A stretch of DNA of 64,000 bases from assembly GCF_018350175.1 (NCBI RefSeq), contig NC_058368.1, positions 66,652,001-66,716,000 on the forward strand, written 5' to 3'. Positions 13,265 to 24,769 of the stretch are shown piece after piece. The notes beneath the pieces are model-generated. The model did not search any database, was not told the origin of the DNA, and worked only from the letters and a program-made list of their open reading frames with translations. Both the position numbers and the translations under genes were made by a program. The stretch comes from Felis catus (taxonomy: Eukaryota). Every line of letters begins with the position of its first letter. The first letter of the stretch is position 1.

Positions 13265-14030
13265 TAAATCGAATGCCACAGCGAGATACCATTTCACACT
13301 CCCTGGGACAGCTGGAATCAAAGAAACTAAAAATAACAAGTACTGGCAAGGATGTGGAGAAATCGGAACCTTCACACAACCAAGTGTGTGTGAATGTGTG
13401 TGAACCTTCACACAACCAAAGACATTTTTGGGTGGGAATGTGAAACGGTGCAGCCATCCTCCGAAGGTCAAACAGAGGGTCGCCCCATCACTCGTTGATT
13501 CCACTCCCAGATGTACACCCAAGATAATTGAAAACATGTGTCACACAAACTTGTACATACGTGTTTGTAGAAGCGTTATTCCTATTAGCCAAGAAGTGGA
13601 AATAACCCAACAGATGAATGGAGAAATGAAATATAGTGTATCCATATCCGTACAATGGAATATTGTTCAGTCATCAAAACGAATGCGTGCTACCACCGGG
13701 ATGAACCTTGAAGTCATTGTGTTAAGTGAGGTAAGTCAGACACAAAAGGCCACATCGTGGATGTTTGCATTTATAGGAAATGGACAGAATAAGCAGATCC
13801 ATGGCCGCAGAAAGTAGATTAGTGGTTGCCAAGGGATGGAAGGAGGAGGGAATTAAGACTGACTACTGATAGGCGTGGAGTTTCTCTTTGAGGTGATGGG
13901 AATGTTCTGGAATTAGGTGGTGGGGATGGAGACACAACTTCATGAGTACAGTAAATACCACTGAACTACACTTTAGATGGGGAGTGTCATGTTATGTGAA
14001 TTATACCTCTTTTTTTTTATTAAAAGAAAA
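13265..14030 (+). mobile_element. L1 3' end (L1MB-like, end of ORF2 plus 3'UTR)
   Basis: gagataccatttcacac...aataacaagtactggcaaggatgtggagaaatcggaacc...atgaaccttgaa...gtggttgcca. Confidence 0.85.
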
Positions 14031-14649
14031 AAGAGGGAACAAAACCCAGAATTGGAAGGGTGCCTGGGCATCACATGGTACCAACTTCAAATTTTCTAGT
14101 TGAGAGACTGTGAGGATATTGTTCAAGCAATTATCTTTAAAAGCTAGTTTGAAGTGGATTTTTACTTCACTCGGGACCATTGAGATGTGAGGAGAGCTGA
14201 CATTAAAAGCAGTGTGAGCCCCACAAAAAGCAATATGGAGCACCTCTGTAGACTCCTTGTTTAAATAGACACGTGTTTATTGAGGACCCACTATGTGCTG
14301 GTACTTCTCCAGGCGCTGGGGGTACGATAGGAACTAAACACAACAAAAGTACTCGAGCTCAGTTCTCGGAGAAGTCCTCCCCAGACAGCACATTTCGGAA
14401 GCTGTGTTGTCAAGCTAGTGCCCACTTAGAAATCAAAACCGGTTTCATAAGGAATGGTCGAATGAACTGAGCATTTTCACCTTTAGAAAGAGAAGATTGA
14501 GGGAGAACAAGATAACTGCCTTGAAAGCTGTTTGGAAGGGAGAGGTGTTTCATTCTCCGCTGCTCCCAAGAGCAAGGCTCCCGTGAAAGGGTAGACGTCC
14601 GAGAGGTGGATTCGGGCTCTCATAAAGGAAGGAGGGAAACTCTTATCAT

Positions 14650-14825
14650 TGTAGCGAGCATTCTGCTGGGTATTTGCACCTGCATGATCTCAGTTAATCC
14701 CCGCAATATCCCTACAAGGTGCGATGATTGGCCCTCTTTTTAAAGACAACGAAAGGGAGGCTTAGCAAGATTATGTAACTACTCCAGGGTCGCACAGCCG
14801 GTCAGTGGCCAGATGACGGTCAGAC
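14650..14825 (-). mobile_element. MIR fragment
   Basis: atctcagttaatccccgcaatatccctacaaggt...gaggcttagcaagattatgtaact. Confidence 0.6.
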
Positions 14826-15892
14826 CTCTCCAGGGCTGACCCCACGTGCTTGTCACTGCAGCACGCTGTCCTCCCACGGCCTAACACTTTCAAAAGTGTG
14901 CACATTTGTGGAGAGGGATACAGCCTGGGATGTACAGGGTGGACTGGATGACCGAAACTCCTCTCCAGAAATACTGTGACACCTCGCAGTGTGCTCTCAC
15001 ACTGTGACGTCTCCCTTGGCTCACTGTGAGAAGGGTCAAAGTGGTAAAATGAAATTCACAATTTACAGGTCGTAGGGGGTGAGATGAGATCATGTATGTG
15101 CAGAATCCAGCACAGCGACATCAACTGTATTCAGCAAACATTTACCAAGAATCTGCTGCGTGCCAGGTCCTCTGATGCGACACCAGCCTGGTCTTCGTGG
15201 CACTTACGGTTTTGTCCGACGAGTAGAGGGCACTCCATGGGACGGAAGGTCCAACTCCTTTCTGCTGGTCCCAACCCAGCATCTCCTCCATGTAGGGCAG
15301 GCCAGGATCTCCATTTCATACTCATGGATTCGATCATCTCACAAACATTTCCTGGGTGCTTCTGCGCGTCTGACACCGTTCTGGGCACTGGAGATAAAGC
15401 AGCGAACAGAATGAGCAAAAATCTCTGTGCGGCTTGCTTTGGTGCATCCAGTAAACAAATACAGATAAAATATGTATTACATTCGGGAGCGAAAAGTGCT
15501 ATGGAGAAAAAAACTAAAGCCTGGAAAAGGACTAAAGGAGTCCTGGGGAGTACAGAGGCTGCGGTTTTAAGCAGGTGGTCAGGAAAGGCCTGGCTGAGAA
15601 GGTAGGATCTTGGCCTGGACTTCAAGATGAGGGAGTGAGCCATGGAGGTACTGGAAGGAAGAGAGTGTGGGGCGCGGAAGAGCAAAGGCAAATGCTGGAA
15701 GAGGGAGCATGCTTGGTGTGTGAGCAGGAGGTCGGAAAGGTGAGGGACATCCAAACTCAGTAGGCACACGGGGTATAGGGAAGATGTGGACTTGCTCTAA
15801 GTGAGATGGAAAGTCACTGCAGGTCTGTCTGCCGCGTTGAGAATGGCCTGCGGGGGAACAAGGGCGTGAGCGGGGAGGCCAGTTTAGGAGAC

Positions 15893-16380
15893 TGGGGCAG
15901 GTGGGATGATCCCTGCACCCTGTTCACACCCTTATCCCTGGAATGTGTGAATGGTTACATTACATAGCCAAAGGAGTTTTGCAGATGCAATTAAGGTTAT
16001 GGACTTAAAATAGAGAGATTATTCTGGATTGTCCTGATGGGCCCAATCTAAACACAAAGGCCCTTAAAAGCAGAGAGCTTTCTTCAGCTGGAGTAAGAGG
16101 AAGGTGGCAGAAAGAGAAGGCAGGAAGAGGAAACCATGAAAAGCATCTGAGTCCTGACAAGGACCTGAAGGAAGCTAGAAGAGGATTTTCCCCTCAGAGG
16201 CTCCAGATTAAAGCCCAAGCCAATGGACACCTTGATCTTGGTCTCACCGAGACCCTGAGCAGAGAATCTGGCCAAAGCCCCCGGACCTCTGATCTTCACA
16301 TCTGCAAGATAAGAAGTCGGTGTTGTTTGAGGTTGTTACATCTGCGGTGATTTGTTTAGGCAGCAATAGAAACTGGAACA
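15893..16380 (+). mobile_element. MaLR solo LTR (MLT1D/E-like)
   Basis: TG...CA ends, with internal tttgcagatgcaattaagg and gcagcaatagaaac..aca. Confidence 0.75.
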
Positions 16381-16760
16381 GGGATTGTTGCAGTAATTCA
16401 CATGAGAGATTATGACGGCGTGGGCCCTTGAAGCTAGACTCCAGAGGACTTCCTGATGGCTGCAGCACAGAGAAAGGGAGGAATCAGGAATGACTCAAGG
16501 GTTTTCACCTGAGCTATAGGAAAGATTGTGCTGCCACTACCTGAGGTCGAAAGATTACGTGAGGAGCAGGTCTGCGCGGGAAGATGGAGAATTTGGTGGC
16601 ATCTATGTGAAGTTTGAGGCGCCTGGAAAACATCCAAGTGGAAATGTCTAGGAGGTAGATAGAAAGTCTAGGTTTGGAGACAGGTCTACACTGGAGAAAT
16701 AAATTTGAGAATCATGAGCATATAGATGATATTTAAAGCCATGAGACTAAGTGGGATTAT

Positions 16761-17812
16761 TGAGGTGAACACCATTCTAACATTATCACCCTCTCCAGAG
16801 ATTTTAGAATCTCTTCCCCTTAACTATGGGTGGATTCTGTGAACATAGTGAGATTTTTCTCCTATGATTACGTTACAGTATATGGCAAAGGGGATTTTGC
16901 AGGTATAACTAAGGTTACTGTGTAGGTCTGCTAGGGCTGCCGTAACAAAATCCCCCTGACTGGAAGGATAGAAGTCTGAGACCAGGGTGCCAGCATGGTC
17001 AGTTACCAGGGAGAAGTCTCTTCCTGGTTTACAGATGGCCACTGCCTTGCTGTGTCCTTGCTTGGTAGCGAGAGAAAGAAAGCAGCTGAGGGATGGGGTG
17101 GGAGGGCACAAAGAGGAAGCCCCCTGGCATGTCTTGTTACAAGGGCACTAAACCCATCATGAAGGCCCCACCCTCATGACCTCTTCAAACCCTAATTACC
17201 TCCCAAAGGCCCCATCTCCAAATACCATCACACTGGCTAGGGGTTAGGGGCTCAGCATATGAATGGGGAGCAGATACCAACATTCAGTCCATAGTTGTTA
17301 CTAATCAGCTGACTTCGAGTTAGTCAAAGGGGATAATCAAGTGCACCTGACCTAATTCCATGAGCCCTCTGAATCTGGCTCTAGAGGGCAGAGATGGGAG
17401 AGGAGAGGAATTTGAAGCAAGAGGGATTACATGCATAAGAAAGTCTCCATCTCTGGCTTTGAAGCTGGAGGATGGGAGCCACATGGCAAGGAATGTAGGC
17501 AGCCTGTAGGAGCCAAGGGCAGTTCCCAGCTGAAAACCAGAGGGAGAATGGGGGCCTCAGTCCTACAATCTTGTGGAACTGAACTCTAAAGCTGAGCATG
17601 ACTGAGCTTGGAAAGCAGGTCTTCTCCAGAACCTGCAGATGAGAACGCAGCCCAGCTGACCTGCTGACTTCCGTTTCTGAGACCCTGAGCAGAGGACCCA
17701 TCCACACCACGCATTGACTTCTGACCTACAGAACTGTGAGTCGACAAGGGATGTCCATGTAAGCCACTTGGTTTGTGGTAACGTATTATGCCGTAAATAG
17801 AAAACTAATACA
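16761..17812 (+). mobile_element. MaLR solo LTR (MLT1E-like) hosting a nested MLT1A
   Basis: Ends atagaaaactaataca. Its two halves join across the insertion at 16919-17296. Confidence 0.75.
16919..17296 (-). mobile_element. MaLR solo LTR (MLT1A-like)
   Basis: ctagggctgccgtaacaaaa...ccccatctccaaataccatcac...cattcagtccatag, flanked by a 5-bp TSD gttac at 16914-16918 and 17297-17301. Confidence 0.85.
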
Positions 17813-18419
17813 ATCACCAAGGGAATGAGCTTGGACAGAGATGAGACAAGTTTCCAGGGCTGAGCCCTGGGGCACCCTACTGTTTAAAGCTAGTGGAAAG
17901 AAGAAAAAAACAGAAAAAGGAGATAGGATGGGATAGACAGGAGGAAAGTCAAGAAAGAGTGGGATCCTGGAGGCTGAGGGAAGGAAGTGTTTCTAGGAGG
18001 AGGGAGTAATGTTCAATGGAATGGTTCAGAAGCTCACATTGACCCTGATGCTCTGTTAAGGTTGAGAAACATTCTCTGAGAATGTTTCCTGTAGCCTGGG
18101 TTCAGGGAGAGAAGAGAATAACCTGATGGAAGAGACTGCCTACCTATCTCTTTATTCTTTTTGTTGTTGTTGTTGTTTGGGGGAGGGGTGGCTTTGAGAG
18201 TAAATTCTGGGATTTATAGACAAAGGAGAGGACTAGAAATTCAGCATGGTTACAGGGAAGCTGCCCGTGCCCCCTTTACATGGATTCAAATCTCCCTGTT
18301 CAAGAAGGTGTTGGAACAATGTCTCAATATTGCATAGTGAAGAAATGACTTCGTAGGCCCTTTGAAAGTAACAAGGTAGATGTTTACCAATCCTCTCTTC
18401 TTTGTCTTGGTACAACAGT

Positions 18420-18755
18420 GGAATCGATTTCCCAGCATGCCTTATTACTAGGTGGAGGTGTTAGCCAGAGAATTATAGGCAAAGTGATGCCTCCTGTTTC
18501 CAGGCATGGGCATAAAACCCCTGCAAATTCCATGGGCTGTCTGGGCCTGTCAGTCAGCTGAATGCAAGAGAATCCAGAAGGCCCTAGGTGATGGCCCCAC
18601 TACAACATGGAAGAAGTTTGGGTCCCAAGTCACTACTTAGAGAGGAGCCACATGTCCTGCCTTGGACAGTGATGTGCATGAAAAATTGTGTTGAGCCACT
18701 GAGATGTTGGGGGTTTTTTGTTATAACAACTCACATTAATAACCCCAACTAATAC
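18420..18755 (+). mobile_element. Old MLT1 (I/J-like) LTR fragment
   Basis: tttcccagc...gagccactgagatgttggggg...ctaataca. Confidence 0.55.
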
Positions 18756-19889
18756 AGAAAGGTTCTTCTCATATTGAGTGTTCAACAATCTCCTTCCTTC
18801 AGCCCTTTACCCCACAAGATACAGACAAGATATGAGCCCAGAAGATATAATCTCATATTCAAATGTTAAGATTTAGGCTTCTTGGAAGTAAATCTGGCAT
18901 TTAGATTTGAACTAACTGAAATGCTCACAGTGAGACCACACATAATAAGATCAGAAGAGAAAAGAAAGTTGATTAAAGCTAGAAGTGTTTCCAATTGTTG
19001 GTAGGTTCAGAAAGAAGATATTCCAACACAGAGAGTATATTATTACAAACATTTACTGAGGACCAGAGTCTAGGCCAGACACTGCGGAAAGGAGAGGGGG
19101 CCATTTTCATATACAAAGCTAAGTAAGATACTCTTCCTTTCACACAGTTGTGTTGATACACACACATACAGAGAATTATTCAATTCAATGAAGCCAAGAA
19201 GTGCCTAATAGAACACAAACAGCAACAACAAAAATACAATGGGAAACAGAAGGGGAAAAAAGCCAAATGGCATCAGAACTTGGCAGGGTGTGAGATCTAG
19301 AAAAAGACAAAATTTGAGTAGATCTTTGAATGATGGGAAGGACTTTGGAGGGGGGAACAAATGTAGAATTACAACACCAGGTCCCGAAAGAGAGTCATTC
19401 GATGGGGCGTGTGTATCAGGATGAATGTATGAGTGCTTATGTGAAGTGGGTAGAGACAAGATTGGAAAGATGGAAGGAAGAGTCTGGCTTTTTTGGGGGG
19501 GGAGGGGTGCATAAATTCAGGAAATAAGAAACTCTTGAGCTGTACTGCTGAAGTACAGTTTCAAATCCCTCAGTGGGGTTATGGACCTTCCAGAAATCCT
19601 CCAGTGCAACAGACCGCCTGGCAAGCTGTGAATTCAGAGAGGAGATGGACATTTTTTATCAAAGCCTGAGATGAAAGGCAGAGCAGCAAGCATCACATGG
19701 CTTTCCCAAATTTGGCTGCACCTGCAAAGCCATAGGAACTCTTTTCAATTACGGGAGGTAAAAAGACCACTGGTTAAGTCAGGGGCGCTTTAGCCACATT
19801 TTCTTCCAGATAACATTGTCTCTTAATACAAAGGAGCCCAGTTGGTAATGTTTTCTTTTAAGATTGAGGGTGATTAACATAAAACCTAT

Positions 19890-20770
19890 TGAGATGGTCA
19901 ATACTGAGTTCATCAAATATTTCTGGCTCTCCACCTTCTGGGCACGTGGTCGGGATGGTATTTCTGTGCCCCTTTTGAGGTTTGGTATGGCCACAAGACT
20001 TACTTTGACTAAACAGATGTAAGAAGTGATGTGCATAATTTTTAGTGAGGAGCTTTAAGAGCCCGTGTATGGTTGTTATGCTGTGTTCCCCTGCTGAAGC
20101 AGTCAGCAAAATAGAGGTCTATTAACATAGAATCTCTATCAGCCTGGGGGCACCTGGGTGGCTCAGTTGGTTAAGTGTCTGACTCTTGACTTTGATTCAG
20201 GTCATGATTTCACTGTTCATGGGTTCAAGCCCTGCGTCCGGCTCTGTGCTGACAGCTCAGATTCTGTGTCTCCCTCTCTCTCTCTGATCCTCCCTTGCTC
20301 GCGCTCTCTCTCTCTCTCTCAAAAATAAATAAGCATTGGGGCGCCTGGGTGGCGCAGTCGGTTAAGCGGCCGACTTCAGCCAGGTCACGATCTCGTGGTC
20401 CGTGAGTTCGAACCCCACGTCAGGCTCTGGGCTGATGGCTTGGAGCCTGGAGCCTGTTTCCAATTCTGTGTTTCCCTCTCTCTCTGACCCTCCCCCGTTC
20501 ATGCTCTGTCTCTCTCTGTCCCAAAAATAAATAAAGAACGCTGAAAAAAAAATTTTTTTAAATAAATAAATAAATAAATAAATAAGCATTGCCAAAAAAA
20601 AATAGTAAAATTAAAAAAAATTAAAAAACAAAAGAATCTCTGTCAGCCTGGATGAGCACACTCCCCCTACTAACCTGAGTCAGAGTGAAAATAAACTTCT
20701 GTTGTGTAAACCACTGAGATTAAGGGTTTATAGGTTACTTCCGCGTACTCTGGCTCATACTAACTGATAA
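19890..20770 (+). mobile_element. Old MLT1 (I-like) LTR interrupted by two nested CanSINEs
   Basis: caaatatttctggctctcc...aataaacttctgttgtgtaaaccactgagatt. Confidence 0.6.
20146..20632 (+). mobile_element. CanSINE with a younger CanSINE (20338-20576) in its tail
   Basis: Outer TSD agaatctct(a/g)tcagcct begins at 20129 and 20633. Inner TSD aataaataagcatt begins at 20324 and 20577. Confidence 0.93.
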
Positions 20771-20879
20771 ACCCATATTGCTGTTTATGAAGATACGTAA
20801 TTTACATTACAGTGGTTTCCTACACTGTTAAAATAATTTCCCAAGACAATTGGAATTCATTTGAAGGTTGGAGAAAGTC

Positions 20880-21208
20880 CTAGTCCATTCCAGCTACTAA
20901 AACAGAATACCGTAGGCTGAGTGGCTTATAAACAACAGAAATGTATTCCTCAGAGTTCTAGAGGTCGGGAAGTCCGGGACCAACTCTGTGTCTGGTGAGG
21001 GCCTGCTGCTTGAGTCACAGACGGCTGTCTTCTGGCTGTGTTCTCCAATGGCAGAAAGGGCAAGGGAGCACTCTGGAGTCTCTTGGCATTAATCCCACTC
21101 CACCTTCATGACCTAATCCCTTCTCAAAATCCCCACCTCCAAATACCATCACACTGCGCCTCAGATTCTGACATGAATTTGGGGCAGAAGGACACAAACA
21201 TTCAGCTA
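20880..21208 (-). mobile_element. MLT1A-like LTR
   Basis: gtggcttataaacaacagaaatgtatt...ccccacctccaaataccatcac...acacaaacattcag. Confidence 0.8.
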
Positions 21209-21550
21209 CGAGATGAGAATATGAAATGAATCTGTATCTTATCTGATAAAACTTGACAAGAGGTTGGAGAGAAGTGAAATCAGGAAGGGAGACTAGGAGA
21301 GAGGGTCCAGTGATGTAGCAGAAGAACCAGGTGAGTGTGGTTGCTTAGCTGCCACATAGCTCCCAGGAGGAGTGACCAACTCTCTCAAATGCTGTCGATG
21401 AGAACTGACCATTTGATTTATGAAGTCATCAGTGACCCGGGTCAGAACAGGTTTTGATGGGTGGTGTTGGGGGAGGGGACAAACTCTGACTGCAAGGAGT
21501 TTAAGGAAAAGAGGAAACAGGGAAATAGAAATAGGGAATATAGACATCAT

Positions 21551-21582
<32 letters not shown>

Positions 21583-21689
21583 AACAAATTCACTATAAAG
21601 GGGAGCAGAGAAGTGGAATGGTAGCTAGAGGGGAAAATGGAGTCACGAGAGGTTTTTTTGTTTGTTTGTTTTAAGAGAGAATAACATTT

Positions 21690-21941
21690 GTGGCACCTGG
21701 GTAGCTCAGTTGGTTAAGTGTGTGACGCTTGACTTATGTTCAGGTCATGATCTCACAGTTAGTGGGTTCGAGCCCCACATCAGTCTCCTTGCTGACAGTG
21801 CAGTACCTGCTTGGGATTCTCTCTCTCTCTCTCCTCCTCCTCCTCCTCCTCCTCCTCCTCCTCCTCCTCTCTCTGCCCCTCCTCCACTCGTGCTTTCTCT
21901 ACCTCTCTCTCTCTCTCTCTCAAAATAAATAAGTAAGTAAG

Positions 21942-21976
<35 letters not shown>
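21690..21976 (+). mobile_element. CanSINE with internal (CCT)n expansion and (TAAA)n tail
   Basis: Read directly from the sequence. It explains the poly-P/L/E/G pseudo-ORFs at this position. Confidence 0.9.
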
Positions 21977-22096
21977 AGAGAGAGCATAGCACTTATTTTT
22001 ATGCTGGCAAGAATGATTAAGTAGGGAGGGAAAATTTTGCTATTGCAAGAGAAAGGGGAGAGATTTTCTGGAGCCATATCCTTACATATGTCACAT

Positions 22097-22627
22097 GGTA
22101 TATTAGTTATCTCTTGCACCATAACAAATCATCCTCAAACTTAATGGCTTCAAACAATAAACATTGATTATCTCATGATGTCTGTGGCTTAGAGATCCAG
22201 GGGTGCCTTGTTGAGGACCTCTGGCTCAGGATCTTTCCCAAGACCACAATCAAGAGTCAGCCCCAGCTGCCCTGTCTCAAGGCTCCACTGGGTCAGGATG
22301 CATTTCCATGTCACTTGCTCTATTGGTGGCAGGCTTCAGGTCCTTGTTGGCCTTTGGTTAGAGGACCATCCAATCCTTGCCAGGTGGGGCTCTCTATGGA
22401 GCATCTCACAAAATGGCAGCTGACTTCCCCCAGAGCAAGAGCCAAGAGAGAAAGCGGGGGAGAGGGAGTCATCACTTCTGTAATTTAATTAGGAAATGCC
22501 ATCCCATCACTTTTTTGTTAGAAGCAAATCACTAGGTCTAGCCCACACTCAAAAGGAGAGGTTGACACAAATGCATGAATTCCAGAAAGTGGGGGTCATT
22601 CGGGGGCATCTGAGAGGTCACCTACCA
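22097..22627 (-). mobile_element. MLT1F-like LTR
   Basis: tattagttatct...taacaaatcatcctcaaacttaatggcttcaaacaataaacatt...ctagcccacactcaa...cctacca. Confidence 0.75.
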
Positions 22628-23224
22628 GAAAGGAGATGGGGTCTAATGCCCAGGTGGAGAGGCTGGCCCTCGCTGTGAGCAGTTGTTGTCCATTTGTAGT
22701 CACAGGAAAGAAGGCAGCATTTGTGGGTGTGAAATTGGTAGGTAGGTAGGTCCCTGTTGGGGGTTCAGTGCGGTATCTGCTCATTAGCACCGAATACCTG
22801 GTAGAATGGTAGGAGATCACACGAAGATCCAGGCTTTGCTTTCCTTTCTTCCTCTGTTGGAGCCTTCAGCATAGCCAGGATTCTAAATCTAGACTGACAC
22901 AGCTCTACCCTCTCAAATCCTTAACAGTGGTGCTTTTAAAGCACACTACCAGGGTTTACTAACAGTTTTATTCTTTGACTCATAAAAATGTCAGAAGAGC
23001 CACAAGGAAGCATGAGTAGGAGAAGGAAACAAGGAAGTGAGAGAAGAGATGTGGCTGAGGAATTCACTCACCAGCTGGGTTTTCACGCATGGGTTTCTCT
23101 CACTTTTCAAAAGCCCTATTATAAGCCAGAAGACTTTGCCTTTCAACATTTGTAGTTCAAGGGAAAAGGCTTTTTAGTGGCTTGTTTTGTTGAAGCAGAA
23201 AAGTGAGACAAATTTTTCTTTCTT

Positions 23225-23693
23225 TCTTTTTGTAAATTGAAGAATAATTGACGTACAATATTGTTTTAGGTGTACAACATAGTGATTTAATGTTTATGTA
23301 TGTTATAAAATGGTCATCACAGTAAGTGTAGTTACCTTATCACCAAAGTTGTTACAATATTATTGACTATAGTCCCTGTGCTGTGCATCATATCCCAGTG
23401 TCTTATTTACTTTATAATTGGACGTTTGTACCTCTTATCCCTTTCACCTATGTTGCCCATTCCCCCCCACACAACTCCCTTCTGGCAACCACCAGTTTGT
23501 TCTCTGTATCTATGAGTCTGTTTCTGTTTTGTTTTGTTTGCTTGTTTTATTTTTTCGATTCCACGTATAAATGAATCATACAGTATTTTTCCTTTTTGGT
23601 CTGACTTATTTCACTTAGCATAGTACCCTCTAGGTCCATCCATGTTGTCACAAATGGCAAGAATTCATTCTTTTTTATGGCTGAGTAATAGTC

Positions 23694-23743
<50 letters not shown>

Positions 23744-23817
23744 AGCATTATTTACAATAGTGGAGATAGAGAAGAATGTAAACATCTGTGAATAGATGAA
23801 TGGATAAAGAAGATGTG

Positions 23818-23864
<47 letters not shown>

Positions 23865-23985
23865 GTGGTATATATGTATGTGTGTGTGTATGTATGTACA
23901 CATCTTCTTTATCTATTCATGTATTCACAGATGTTTACATTCTTCCCTATCTCAGCTACTGTACATAATGCTATAATGAATAGGA
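23225..23985 (-). mobile_element. L1 3'UTR fragment with (GT)n/(CA)n and an internal inverted duplication
   Basis: tctgacttatttcacttagcatagtaccctctaggtccatccatgttgtcacaaatggcaag is a typical L1 3' end. Confidence 0.85.
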
Positions 23986-24769
23986 GACAAACTTTTCTAG
24001 CTTGACTAACAGCATCCCCAGACCCATCTGCCCACAGTCATGATAAAGTGAATTTCAGCTTGGAGAGCAGAGTACATCAGAAACAGCAAATCATCAAGGG
24101 GCTTCTGTGGATTTTTCCAGGATGTCAGAAGGGAAATCTTACTGTTGCAAAGGGGGGCGCCATTCACACAGGGTACATTGTGAGCGATGCTTCTTAGGCG
24201 CCTGATGGGGTGCTCCTGGCACAAATTAGCTCAGGAAGAGCAGTTCTTATGATTGGCTCATCCCCATCTCCAAATGACTTAGTGTTCTCTGCCTTGCTAT
24301 TATATGGATGAAATTTATCCCAGATGTGTTCTGTCCAGCTTTGCCCCCATCTTTTAGTCCAGAACCCCAAGTACCTTCTCTTCGCCCACTCCTGACCTTC
24401 TTGTGAGGGTATTTCCCCAGCCGAAAGCTCTCCTTAGCCAACGGAACCATTTGGAATTCTCCAAACCTTCCCCAAGGCTTGCCCTCTGCTTCTACAACTA
24501 CCAGCCCTGTTCTTCCTGCAGGAAGAGCTTGCAGTCCTGTACTAGAGCGGCCTTTATACCGCCTCACCCATGAAGGTGACCTGGCCTGGAGCGATGCCCC
24601 AAGCCTACTGCAGCGGACAAGTCATTATTTTCAGGGAACCCTTTTTGAGTAAGCCTCCGGGGTGCGATCAGGGTAGAAACACGGCCTGGATCTAGTCCCC
24701 AAAGCTTCAGCTAGCTGGAAGACAAACTCTCCTCTTTATCTCAAAGACCGCATTCTCTTGGCCTCTGAC

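Larger units (their letters stand above)
15125..18070 (-). mobile_element. L2 LINE interrupted by MLT1 LTRs
   Basis: Colinear L2 pieces at 15125-15892, 16381-16760 and 17813-18070. Confidence 0.75.
21215..22740 (-). mobile_element. L2 fragments interrupted by (GTT)n, a CanSINE and an MLT1 LTR
   Basis: ggagtgaccaactctctcaaatgctg...gtcatcagtgacc and further L2 antisense motifs. Confidence 0.55.

Noticed and set aside
15084..15769. 173-aa and 212-aa ORFs
   Set aside because: They lie within a degenerate L2 3' region and are chance open frames.
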